A stretch of DNA of 64,000 nucleotides from Deltaproteobacteria bacterium (lineage in GTDB: Bacteria; Myxococcota; Kuafuiibacteriia; Kuafuiibacteriales; Kuafuiibacteriaceae): the NCBI GenBank assembly GCA_040218735.1, contig JAVJQW010000057.1, forward strand, positions 1 to 64,000. The letters are read 5' to 3'. Positions 9,151 through 19,400 of the stretch are shown here, in pieces; position 1 is the first letter of the stretch, and every line of letters starts with the position of its first letter. Position numbers and translations under genes: made by a program. The notes beneath the pieces are model-generated. The model saw nothing but the letters and a program-made list of their open reading frames with translations. It made no database searches and was not told the DNA's origin.

Positions 9151-9512
9151 CGGCTGGCCTCCACCATTGCCCGGACCAGGACCCTGAGGTTCTCGGTCGT
9201 CGACGGGACGCTCACGAAGAAGCGGTCATCCACCACGAGCTCGATGCAGGCGCCGTCCTCCAACACGCCCTCGCGGTCGCCGGCCGTCACAACGACGAAG
9301 TCGGCGGCCCTAGCCGGCGGGTCTTTGGGCGCAACGCCGAGCCGACGAGACCAATACTGAACTCGCTGAACGTTGACCCCTCGGCGCCGCGCAAACTCGC
9401 TCTGCGTGAGCCCGCTGTCTCGCCACGCCTGCACGAGGGCGCTGCCCTCCGACTCCGTCATCCGATGACGCTTCGTACTCATCGCCAGAACTCCTTCGGG
9501 CGCGAGCGTCAT
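9147..9512 (-). CDS. tnpA: IS66 TnpA (HTH)
   Basis: WRDSGLTQSEFARRRGVNVQRVQYW; overlaps the tnpB start. Confidence 0.8.
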   Translation of the reverse strand: MTLAPEGVLAMSTKRHRMTESEGSALVQAWRDSGLTQSEFARRRGVNVQRVQYWSRRLGVAPKDPPARAADFVVVTAGDREGVLEDGACIELVVDDRFFVSVPSTTENLRVLVRAMVEASR

Positions 9513-9780
9513 CTACGAGGTCCACTCCAGGCCAGGTGCACTCCAGGGAACAGTTACCGAGGAACAACGTAAGCGGACGGAATCTATGGGGTTGTGACTC
9601 GGAACGGCGGCGCCTGTGGCAAATGTGTATCGAGCTTCGGACCGATGCGCTCCGATCGGTCCGACCCATCGTCAGCACCGTGCAGAGCGCACGTCCGCGT
9701 CCGGTTGATTTTCGGACGAAGTCACCGTCTAGACGCACACGGCCCTCACGCCCGGCACGGCGCTCGCGTCCGGCGGACCG

Positions 9781-11142
9781 GTGACCATCGCATCTACCGC
9801 CTATGTCCACGAGATCCGCGCAACGGTCCCCTTCAACCTCTGGTGAAGACGGCCTGGCCCCGCTGCGTCGAGTTGTTCGAAGCCTCCGGAGGCACCGTCC
9901 CAAGGTTGTGACCGCCTTCGACAGCTACCTCAGGTGCGGCCTCGCTGAGGAAGGCGGCTCCATCCGCCTCGGGTGCACCCAGTGCGGCACTGAGCGTGCA
10001 CTTCCGTTGTCCTGCAAGCGCCGAGGAATCTGTCCGAGCTGCGGCGCTCGCCGCATTCACGACCTCGCGCAACCTCTGGTCGAGCGCGTCCTCCCCGACG
10101 TCCCGATTCGTCAGTACGTCCTGTCACCGCCCTCCGAGCTCGTGGGCCTTCTCGGCGCTCGAACCGAGCCCTTGTCCGCGCTCGCGCGCATCTTCATGCG
10201 CTGCATGTTCGATGCGATCGGGCGGCGCGTCGATGTGGGCGTTCCCGCGCACCCCGGTGCAGTCGTCGTGGTGCAGAGATTCTCCAAGACGCTCGCGCTC
10301 TTTCCTCACCTTCACGTGCTCGCATTGGACGGAGCGCACGTCGAGGTCGGCGACGAGCTCGAGTTCCGCGTCGATCCCGGCCCCACGCCCGACGACCTCC
10401 TCGACCTCAAAGACGAGGTGGAGCGTCGATTCTCGCGATGGCTCGAACAGCATGGCTATCTCGAGGAGGACGACCAGGACGAGGAGGCCCTCGACGGCTG
10501 GTTCGGCCCCGCGGCCTACGACACCGTTCAAGGACACCGCCCGCCCGGAAAGCCGCGCGACCCCTTCCGCTTTCAAGTGCACGCCACAGTTCGCGTGCCG
10601 GCGGGTGATCGCCCGGGACGAAAACGACTCTGCACCTACGTCGCACGCCCACCTCTGGCGGAGGCTGAGATCGAGCACCTCGATGAAGACCGAGTCCGCC
10701 TCTGGCTCCGCAATCCGGGTCGAAGTCCCGCCAGCAGCGTCGTCTTCACCTCGATGCAGCTCATTCGCCGCCTCGCCTGGCGGTTCCGCCCCCCAACCTC
10801 CACCTCGTCCGCTACGCCGGCATCCTCGCCCCCGCGGCTCGACTCCGTCATCGCGTCGTACCTGCGGGACGGGTCGGCATCCAGGCCGCATGGTTCGGCG
10901 AGAGGAAGTTCGAGCCACTCGTTCCCGTCCCATCCCAAACCGCCTGGGCCAGGCTGCTGGCGAAGGTCTACGAGATCCACGCTCACCAGTGCCCCAGATG
11001 CCAATCTTCGATGCGCCCCATCGCCACGGTCCTTCCACCATAGGCCCATGCCTGGATCGAACAGGGACGGATCCTGCCCATGCCCTCGACCGGACCACCG
11101 GCCCTCCTGAGCCGCCAACTCGACCTGCCGCTCGTTGCGTGA
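9781..11142 (+). pseudogene. IS91/ISCR-family rolling-circle (HUH/Y2) transposase with several frameshifts and an internal stop
   Basis: YLRCG, CTQCG, SCKRRGICPSCG zinc domain, QYVLS.P, PHLHVL (HUH), YVARPP; HLVRYAG after a frameshift near 10783; TAG at 11041; ends QLDLPLVA*. Confidence 0.88.
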
Positions 11143-11328
11143 TCCCAAACGGCCCCCGCACCCAATCCTCAACGCGTCGTCGCGTTCATGGATACGTGCG
11201 TTCAGAGCCGTTCAACTCGTCCCCCGCCACCGCAAAGACGGCCTCCGACCGAGCCGGGCGCGACACGCAATCGGTCGGGATCCATGCCGACCGAGGGCGT
11301 GCCGCTCCCCACGAGTCCCAGAGGCAGC

Positions 11329-11357
11329 AGCGGAATTGCGCTTAGATGTCCTATCCC
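11329..11357 (+). repeat. oriIS-like terminus of the IS91/ISCR element (copies end at about 3406 and 5026 on the minus strand)
   Basis: GCGGAATTGCGCTTAGATGTCCTATCC; homology among the three copies stops just after CCTAT(T/C)C. Confidence 0.7.
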
Positions 11358-11358
11358 G

Positions 11359-11586
11359 CAAGAGAAGCGCCGGGTCGCGATTCACGAGTCGGGGCACGCG
11401 CTCGTTGCGATGTCCGTCGAAAACGCCGACCCGGTGCACCGCGTGTCGATCATCCCGCGGTCGATCGGCGCGCTCGGCGTCACGCTGCAGCTCCCCACGG
11501 AGGAGCGCTACCTGACGCTCAAACAGGAGCTCCTCGATCGCATCTGCGTGATGATCGGCGGACGCGCGGCCGAAGAGCTGGTGCTC
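11359..11586 (+). pseudogene. ftsH: Internal fragment of the FtsH protease (M41) domain
   Basis: EKRRVAIHESGHALV...DPVHRVSIIPRSIGALGVTLQLPTEERYL...GGRAAEELV; no start codon and no AAA domain. Confidence 0.85.
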
Positions 11587-11650
11587 CCGCTCCTATCCCG
11601 CGCTCGCAAGTTGTCGCATCCTACTCGACGATCGGCGTAAAATACGACGT

Positions 11651-13621
11651 ATGCGCGAATATCTGATGGCGGCTGTCTGGGTGCTGCTTCTGCAGAATCT
11701 GGCATGCGAAAGAGCTCCTACTGCAACCACCGCCAATGAGCGAGTCCTCCTGAAGATCTGCGCGGTGGCAAAAGTTAAGGCGGTTGAACGTCATCTCCTC
11801 CGTCGAGCATGGGCGTCACCGGTCGAGTTGCGGGAGGCGATAGCGAGGTCGGCGGAGGTGGCAACCGATGTTGCCGCCGAGGCCTGCTCCGGTGAACGAG
11901 TGATCGTTAAGTACCCCGGCGTGAACGAGGCCGTTGTTGCGGTTGCGACAGATAGGGAGAGGCAGCTGTGGCGGGCAGATGAGGACGTGGCCAAGCAGCT
12001 AGCGGTGTTTTTTGAACTTTCCTTTCGTGAATCGCTGCAACTCATGTCGGAGACAGGAAGTACGCTCGTATTGTCGACGATCAGGGGGTGTGCGCTGCAT
12101 AGCGATTCTGAGACCGGCGTCTCGGCGGCAGCAGCGCTTGTATGGGGCTTAACGCCGACTGATTCCATTTCAAACCCATTTTTCCAGACGGACTCACTCA
12201 GAAGTTCGATCGGGAGTCCCGATATGGAGTCGCTCGCTTCTGGGGGTCTCCCTCTGGGAGGATGTCGCGGAGCCTGGCGGGACGGCGATGACAACGGAGG
12301 ATTAGCCAAGAGAAACGAGGACTTGAAAGCTCAGCTATTGAACAATGACAACGAAACACTCGCGAACTGCCTTTCCGCGTGGGCCAATAGCCAAGTCGAC
12401 TGCGGCGTCTTGAAGGACACCAACTCCGATACGAGTATCGACGAGAGCACCGAGGAGGACGAATCTAGTCAATCGACCGCCGATCCGAGTGCATATTCGA
12501 GGCACGACGAGGCACTAGGCGACTTCTTTGCCGCAGTCGCAGAACTTAACTCGGCGCAAGACGGACTATACGATGCTGAGAGGGTGGAGAATGCGTTGAC
12601 GACCCTCTATGGAGACCTATCGACTGTTGTGGACAACATCGGCAATAGCGGAACCGAGGTGTCGGAGATTCACTTGACGGGGACCGTTGTGGAAGTTGGG
12701 TTCTCTCAGAATGCCTCGGTGGAGGTCGGAACAGGTGGCATCAACGCATCCGGAGGGGCTGAGGTCTCTGGTTCCGTTGAGCGATCGGAGCCAACAGTTG
12801 TAATGTCGGTCAAGAGCCCGTTCGAGCGCGTTAAGGAGGGCCTAGAGGCGGTCCGACTATATCAGGATAAGGCGCAGGAACTCGCTGCGGCGGCGTCACG
12901 CACAGCCAGTGCCCAGGAGAGGTATCTACGAGCACACGATGCCTATGCTAGAGCACTCGATCGAGCCATTGCGCTTGATCCGTCGCTGTCTGACCCGCTA
13001 AGTCCCGATGGCCCAGAGATTGAGCGTCAACTCTGTCCGATGATGAATGTCGCAGGTGGGCGGATGCCTCTCCTCGGCTCATCCGTCGGTGAGGCAATGG
13101 CCAGTGAGGATCAGTTTCATGCCTGCATCTGCTTGCACCGGCCATCGATGGATCCAAGTTGTTCCAAGGCAGACCGAGAGAAGGCTCGATGTCTACACAA
13201 CCCTAGTGGACCTGATGACGGCCCCGACCCCAAGTGCTTCCGATGGCTTGCGAAAGCCCCGAGGCCACCAAAGAAGGACTACTGCGCTCTTGCGCGGTGT
13301 CCGCCGGGAACAACGCTACTGTCTACCTACGATTCGGCAACAGGTGCTCCTGAGGACTGCGGGTGTTTTACCTACGAGGGAGCCGCTGCGGTGATGGGTT
13401 CCAGCAATTGCTGCAGTCTAACGAACTGTGGCCCTGGAGGCCTGTGTGTGAACGTTGGTATGAGTTGCACCTGCAGAGGGTTGGCAACTGGAACTGGCCT
13501 CATGATTCCAAAGAACGATCTGCGACCACGCTTGCCGGGCGCGCTGATTACTCCGCCAAAGCGCCGTCCTAACGGCCTTGAGGATCTTGATCCGGCCTTT
13601 AGAATGAGGGGGGTGAAGTAG
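11651..13621 (+). CDS. 656-aa probable lipoprotein of unknown function with coiled coils and a Cys-rich C-terminus
   Basis: Hydrophobic N-terminus with lipobox-like NLAC; long ORF with visibly lower GC than the core. Confidence 0.75.
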   Translation: MREYLMAAVWVLLLQNLACERAPTATTANERVLLKICAVAKVKAVERHLLRRAWASPVELREAIARSAEVATDVAAEACSGERVIVKYPGVNEAVVAVATDRERQLWRADEDVAKQLAVFFELSFRESLQLMSETGSTLVLSTIRGCALHSDSETGVSAAAALVWGLTPTDSISNPFFQTDSLRSSIGSPDMESLASGGLPLGGCRGAWRDGDDNGGLAKRNEDLKAQLLNNDNETLANCLSAWANSQVDCGVLKDTNSDTSIDESTEEDESSQSTADPSAYSRHDEALGDFFAAVAELNSAQDGLYDAERVENALTTLYGDLSTVVDNIGNSGTEVSEIHLTGTVVEVGFSQNASVEVGTGGINASGGAEVSGSVERSEPTVVMSVKSPFERVKEGLEAVRLYQDKAQELAAAASRTASAQERYLRAHDAYARALDRAIALDPSLSDPLSPDGPEIERQLCPMMNVAGGRMPLLGSSVGEAMASEDQFHACICLHRPSMDPSCSKADREKARCLHNPSGPDDGPDPKCFRWLAKAPRPPKKDYCALARCPPGTTLLSTYDSATGAPEDCGCFTYEGAAAVMGSSNCCSLTNCGPGGLCVNVGMSCTCRGLATGTGLMIPKNDLRPRLPGALITPPKRRPNGLEDLDPAFRMRGVK

Positions 13622-13685
13622 CTCTTCTGTACGCACTCGCCCTGGCACCCCTGACGCCTCCTGGCTCGTCATGTAGCCGCGCGGG

Positions 13686-13994
13686 ATGACCAACAAGACA
13701 CCGAGACCACGACGTTCCTGGCCAAAGGCGGAGAAGGCGCGCATCGCGCAGCTCGTCCGCCGCCGTCGCGCCGCGGGCGCACGCTTTCGAGAACTCGTCG
13801 ACGAGCTCGGCATCCAGGAGGGCTCGCTTCGACTTTGGCTGAAGCAGTACCCAGAGGCCGCACTGCAGCCGGTGGAGATCGTCGAGGAGCCCCTTCCGAT
13901 CGACCGGCCCATCGCCTTGGTGACTCCGGACGGCTTTCGCTTCGAAGGCATCGAGCTGGCGATCGCCGTTCGCCTCTGGGAGCGTCTTCGTTGA
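13686..13994 (+). CDS. tnpA: IS66 TnpA
   Basis: RRSW...EKARI HTH, ELGIQEGSLRLW, LVTPDGFRFEG. Confidence 0.8.
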   Translation: MTNKTPRPRRSWPKAEKARIAQLVRRRRAAGARFRELVDELGIQEGSLRLWLKQYPEAALQPVEIVEEPLPIDRPIALVTPDGFRFEGIELAIAVRLWERLR

Positions 13995-14377
13995 TCTCGC
14001 TCGGCCGCGGGGGTCGCGTGTTCGCGGCCGCAACGCCGACCGACATGCGCAAGGGCTTCGACTCGCTCGCGCGCATCGTCGAGGAGCAGCTCGGGCGCGA
14101 TCCGCTTTCCGGCGATCTGTTCCTCTTCATCAACAGCCGGCGGAATCGAGCGAAGGTGCTGCTGTGGGACGGCACCGGGCTGGCCATCTACATGAAGCGC
14201 CTGGAGAAGGGTCGCTTCGCCGCGCCCTGGGCGCGCGCCCGCGAGGGCGTGATCACGATGTCGGCGGCAGAGCTCGGACTGTTCCTCGAAGGCAGCCAGC
14301 TCGTGTTCGTGGGTCGCCTCTCGCCGAACGCGATCGAACCGCAGAGAGTCGCAACACGCGATCTTCACGCACGATAG
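13991..14377 (+). CDS. tnpB: IS66 TnpB
   Basis: PTDMRKGFDSL...GDLFLFINSRR..AKVLLWDGTGLAIYMKRLEKGRF; TTG start overlapping the tnpA stop. Confidence 0.92.
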   Translation: MISLGRGGRVFAAATPTDMRKGFDSLARIVEEQLGRDPLSGDLFLFINSRRNRAKVLLWDGTGLAIYMKRLEKGRFAAPWARAREGVITMSAAELGLFLEGSQLVFVGRLSPNAIEPQRVATRDLHAR

Positions 14378-14380
14378 TGC

Positions 14381-15877
14381 GTGATCGACCTCGACCGCGT
14401 CTCCGACGTCGAGCTTCTTCGACAAGTCGCCATGCTGCAGGACGCCGAGATTCGCCGCCTGCACAACGCCATCACGCGCATGACGAGGTAGCTCGCCGAG
14501 ACGAGCGGCACGCCTGACGAAGAACTCCGTCAGCAGATCCTCGCCCTGCAGTCGCAGCTCGAAGAAGCGTACCGCCGGACGTATGGCGGCGGCAGTGAGC
14601 GACGCCCGAAGACCGAGGACGAACCGGAGCCGGAGAAGAAGGCCCAGAGCGGCCACGGCCCGACGCCGCAACCTGAGTTGCCGATCGAGGAAGTCGAGCT
14701 CGAGGTCGACGAGGCGGACCGCGCTTGCCCGACGTGCGGCTTGGAGATGGCGGACTGGGACGGTCACCACGACGAGAGCGAAGAGATCGACGTCGTGCAG
14801 CTTCAGTACGTTCTGACGAAGGTAAAGCGGAAGAAGTGCAAGTGCTCGGCGTGCGGGCACATCGAGACGGCGATCGGGTTGGCGAAGGTCGTCCCCGGCG
14901 GTCGGTACAGCCTCGACTTCGCAGTCCACGTGGCCATCGAGAAGTACGCCGATCATCTGCCGCTCGACCGCCAAGTCCGCCGTATGAAGCGGGCGGGACT
15001 CATCACGACGACGCAAACGCTGTGGGATCAGATCCTGTCGTTGTCGCACTGCTTCTCCGACGCGCTCGAGCGTTTGCATGCGCACTTGCTCACGCGTGAT
15101 GTGGTGCTGGTAGACGAGACTCGCTGGCCCTTGCTCGGCGTGAAAGGCCGCAAGACGAAGAACTGGTTTGTGTGGTCGCTGGTCGCGGACCATGGCGTGA
15201 TCTACCGAATCCAGGACAGCCGCTCGAATGAGGCGGGCAAGGCACTTCTCCGCGACTTCTCGGGCGTGGCGGTCGCGGATGGGTACGTGGTCTACGAGTC
15301 GCTCGCGAGGCAGAACGGGTTCACGTTGGCGAACGATTGGTGCCACGTCCGTCGAAAACTCATCGAGGCCGAGGGCTCCAGTCCCGAGATCGCCGGTGAG
15401 TTGCTCGATGAGATCGGGGCGCTCTTCAAGATCGAGCGTGAGGTCGACGAGCGCGTGGAGGGGCTTGCGGCCGAGGATGCGCGTCGACTCCGGGAGCAAG
15501 TCCGCGACGAGCAGTCCCGCGAGGTCTTGAATCGCATCGGTGCGATCGCGGGTAGCGTGAAGGCGCTCCGCGAGAGCCCGATCGCCAAGGCGGTGCAGTA
15601 TCTCGACAATCGGTGGGAGGGCCTGAACGCCTTCCTGGCCGACGGTCGCGTGCCCATCACGTCGAACGGGGTGGAGCGCGCCCTCCGTGGGCCGGTGCTT
15701 GGACGCGTGAACCACTACGGCTCGAAGTCGCAGCGCGGCACCGAGGTCGCGGCCGTCTTCTACACCCTCATCGAGTCCGCGAACGCCAACGGCGTGGAGC
15801 CTGCGGCCTACCTCAGAGCCGGAGCTCTGGCGTATGGCCGTGGCGAGACGGTGCCGCTGCCGCACGAGATCGCGTAA
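14381..15877 (+). pseudogene. tnpC: IS66 transposase TnpC with an in-frame TAG at 14489-14491
   Basis: CPTCG zinc finger, KYADHLPL.RQ, VDET, VADGY, WCHVRRK, SNGVERALR. Confidence 0.88.
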
Positions 15878-15937
15878 AACGACCAGGATCACAGGACCGA
15901 GCGCCCGAGGTCAGGGGTGCCAGGGCGAGTCCGTACG

Positions 15938-16003
15938 CTGGACTAGCCGACCGGTGCACCGCCTGGGCACTATCTGGTCACCGAGGCGGACAAGCGTTCG
16001 TAA
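15938..16003 (+). pseudogene. C-terminal tail of a probable tyrosine integrase, cut off at the IS66 end
   Basis: LD*PTGAPPGHYLVTEADKRS* is collinear with the tail at 22981-23046, with the same 24-bp spacing to the att core. Confidence 0.55.
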
Positions 16004-16027
16004 ACGCTCGCAATCGCTAGCAGAAAA

Positions 16028-16050
16028 ACTCCGGAAGAGGGACTTGAACC
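16028..16050. repeat. att core: 23-bp exact copy of the tRNA-Asn 3' end
   Basis: ACTCCGGAAGAGGGACTTGAACC, identical to 23071-23093. Confidence 0.92.
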
Positions 16051-16182
16051 ACCCTGGCGAGGAAATGAGAATCACCATGCATCGCGCACTCTTGGGATTC
16101 AATGCCTCGCTATTTCGAACACTTGCGACGTCGGATTGGTTCCGAGTCGCACCGCTTCGTTCTCGTCTCAATCCGCGCGGTC

Positions 16183-16200
16183 TGGTCACTATTTGGTCAC
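16183..16200. promoter_or_regulatory. Candidate integrase arm-type binding site (copies at 15964-15981 and 23007-23024)
   Basis: TGG(T/G)CACTAT(T/C)TGGTCAC occurs three times near the att cores; the two left-hand copies end the same distance (47 bp) before their cores. Confidence 0.65.
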
Positions 16201-16446
16201 TGAGGAACGCTGCGTGCGTGAGTTCTGACCCCGGGCCGGAATCGGCCAGCGCGGGTAGTCTCGTGACTACCTTGTGGGGTTGACAGCTACGAGCAGAAGC
16301 ACGGAGCCCAAAGCCCCCACATTAGAGGCACTTCGACTCACAAGGCGGCAACCAACCTCGCGGAGGCGTTAATAGGATTGATCCAAATGAAACACTGCCG
16401 GTAGACTCACGCCGCACTCTACCTGACGAGTGCGGGGGGGGAATCG

Positions 16447-19400
16447 ATGTCGGTACTGCTTCGGGTCGCTTCGCTGGCGGCCGTTCTCGCGCCTTCGACG
16501 GTCTTCGCTCAGGCGCTGCAAGTCACGCCGGGCGACGGTGCGTACATCGTCGGCGACGACTACGTCACGCTCGAGATCTCCGTCGTTGGTCTCGACCCGT
16601 CGGCGTCGGTCGTCGACATGTACGCGACACTCGACGGTCAGACCTGTCACGAGGACTTCATTCAGTGCATCGGCGGGATGAGCGTACTGACGTCAGGACA
16701 GTCCACCTTCGCCTGCTTCTTCCACGCCTCCTATCTCGGCGTCGGAACCCACATGAAGTTCGTCAGTCTGCAACTCAGCGACGGCAGCTGGATCTCGGAC
16801 TCTCTCGTTTGGCACGTGGTGCAGGGCGGTGGCTGCCAGCCCACGCCGGAGCTCTGCGACGGAGTCGACAACGATTGTAATGGCGTCGTAGATGATGGGC
16901 CTCCGCCCGACGCTATGACTTGGTATCCCGACGTGGACGGCGATGGGTTCGGTGATGTCTCGGGCGCCGTGAGCGCTTGTGCTGCGCCCGCCGGCTATAC
17001 GGATGTCGTCGGCGATTGCGACGACGCAGTCCCATCGATAAACCCGGCCGCGGTCGAGATTTGTGACAACGTCGACAATGACTGTTCGAACGGGATCGAC
17101 GACGGCGTGCTCAACTGCGTCGGTGGTCAGCCGGTGCCGGCCGACCCGAGCCCGTTCGCCACCGCACGGGGGGGGAGCGCGGTGCAGCCCCTCGGTGAGG
17201 GCGTACAGTTCCTCTACTCAGGGCCCGACGCCGTTCAGATCGGCGCGACTCCGGGAGCGATCGATCCCGCGCAGGCGGCAGTGCTCCGGGGCCGCGTCCA
17301 GCTCGCCGATGGGAGCCCGGCGCCGCTGGTATCGGTCACCGTCGTGGGCCAACCCGAGTACGGCAGCACCCTCAGCAGAATCGACGGACAGTACGATCTC
17401 GTCGTCAACGGAGGCCGCGACATCGTACTGGACTTCACGGCGCCCGGCTACCTGCCGGTACAGCGCCGGATCCGCACGTCGCGACAGGAGTATGCGCTCC
17501 CGCCCGACGTCGTGATGACGGCCCTCGACCCGATCGTGACCCCGATCGACCTGTCGAGCACGCAGCCGTTCCAGGTTGCACAGGGTTCACAGGTCGTCGA
17601 TGCCGACGGCGCAAGACGCGGCACGATCCTCTTCCCTCAGGGACTTTCGGCGACCATGGTCATGCCCGACGGCTCGACCCAGGGGCTGAGCTCGATGAAC
17701 GTGCGCGTCACTGAGTACACCGTCGGAGATCTCGGCCAGGCGGCCATGCCTGGGAACCTCCCGGCGACCAGCGCCTATACCTACGCGGTGGAGCTGAGTG
17801 TCGACGAGGCGATGGCCGCGGGCGCGACATCGGTCGATTTCAGCCAGCCGATCCCGTACTACGTGGACAACTTCCTCTCCATTCCGACTGGCGAGAGTGT
17901 GCCGCTCGGATACTACGATCGGATCCGATCGATGTGGGTCGGTTCACCGAGTGGCCTCGTCATCGACGTGCTGTCCGTCGCCGGTGGTGTGGCGCAGCTC
18001 GATATCGATGGTTCGGGCGTGGCCGCGGATAGCGTTAGCCTGGGCGCGCTCGGGATTTCGACCGATGAGCTGACTACGATCGCATCTCTCTTTGCCGCCG
18101 GGAGCTCGTTTTGGCGAGTTCCGATACCGCATTTCACGCCCTTTGACTGCAACTGGCCGTACAACCTCCCGCTGGGAGCGGTCGTACCCAGCCCGCGCGT
18201 GGCAGCTGCGGCCCTCCGGCGCATTGCGTGCAGCAGCGTCGAGAACGGAGACGGAACTCAGCTCGAGAACCAGGTGCTGGGTGAAGAGCTCGATGTCACC
18301 GGGACGCCCTTCAAACTCCACTACGCGAGCGACCGCGCGCCGGGCTTCGACGTCCACCGTATCGTGCCCGTCGAGCTCTACGAGGGGGCGCCGCCGCCGA
18401 ACGTCGATCGAGTCGACGTGGAACTCCGGATCGCCGGGCGGAGCATCCGGACGTCGAGTCCCCCCGTTCCGGACGCTTCCGTGACCCTGACGTGGGACGG
18501 CGTGGACGCCTACGGTCGCACGATTCAAGGGCTCTTCCCCGGCCGCGTTCGCGTCGGGCACGTCTATACACCGGTCTACGCGGGCGAGGGTGTGGGCTTC
18601 GGTTCGTTCGCCGCGTCCCTCATCGGCTTCAATCCGCTGCGTTTCGAGCTGTTGGTCTGGGACGAGCGGGAGGTCGAGCTGGGAGGCTTCGATGCGAGGT
18701 CGATCGGGTTGGCAGGGTGGTCGCTCAGCCACCATCACGTCTACGATCCCATCAGCCGAACGCTCTACCGAGGAGACGGGAAGATTCAGAACGGCGAAGA
18801 GGTACCGTTCATCGTTCGCCGCCACGCCAACACCCCCCTTACGGGCCTCGTGCTGATCTATGGGTTTGCGATCGATAGCCTGGGCCGACTGTACTTCTCC
18901 AACAACTCCGTGAACGTCTCTCGAATCGGCCTTTCGGGCCAAATCGAACGGGTCGCGGGCAACGGGACAATCGGCTTCAGCGGCGATGGAGGGCCGGCCG
19001 ACCAAGCGCAGCTGTCGGTTCCTCGCGGTATTGCGATCGATCGCAATGACATGCTGTACATCGCGGATAGTCGGAACAACCGAATTCGGCGCGTCGACCT
19101 CTCGACCGGGATCATCTCGACCTTCGCCGGGAACGGCGTGGGTGCGTTCGCGGGTGACGGGGGTCCCGCGTTGTCGGCGAGTATTCGCAATCCGATCGGT
19201 CTCGCGATCGATAGTCAGGATGCCCTGTACGTGAGCACCGGCATCTTCTCCCGGCGTGTCCGCCGGATTCGGCCGGACGGTGACATCGAGACCTACGCGG
19301 GCAGCGGAAGTCAATGGTTCCTCGGTTTTACCGGCGACGGTCAGCTCGCCACCGCGGGGCGTCTGTGCGCGCCGGAAGGAATTGCCTTCGACCAGAACGA

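Larger units (their letters stand above)
8677..9557 (-). mobile_element. Truncated IS66-family element (tnpA, tnpB; tnpC cut off by the adjacent transposon)
   Basis: Minus-strand GTAACTGTTCCCTGG end at 9557; tnpA and tnpB present; only a short tnpC-like stub before 8676. Confidence 0.75.
13629..15936 (+). mobile_element. IS66-family insertion sequence (full length, tnpC inactivated)
   Basis: 27-bp terminal inverted repeats GTACG(C/G)ACTCGCCCTGGCACCCCTGAC (26/27); flanks GCTCTTCT and GCTGGACT are not a perfect duplication. Confidence 0.92.

Noticed and set aside
13418-15892. 824-aa minus-strand ORF
   Set aside because: Antisense shadow of the IS66 genes in high-GC DNA.
13621-15944. 8-bp target-site duplication around the IS66
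   Set aside because: The flanks GCTCTTCT and GCTGGACT match at only 5 of 8 positions; an adjacent deletion is more likely.
11041-15946. In-frame TAG codons at 11041, 14489 and 15944 as amber recoding
   Set aside because: All lie in decaying mobile genes, and intact genes in the window (e.g. those ending at 13621, 22746 and 57558) use TAG as a normal stop.
16028-16100. A second tRNA gene
   Set aside because: Only the acceptor 3' strand and part of the T-arm are present; there is no D-arm or anticodon arm.
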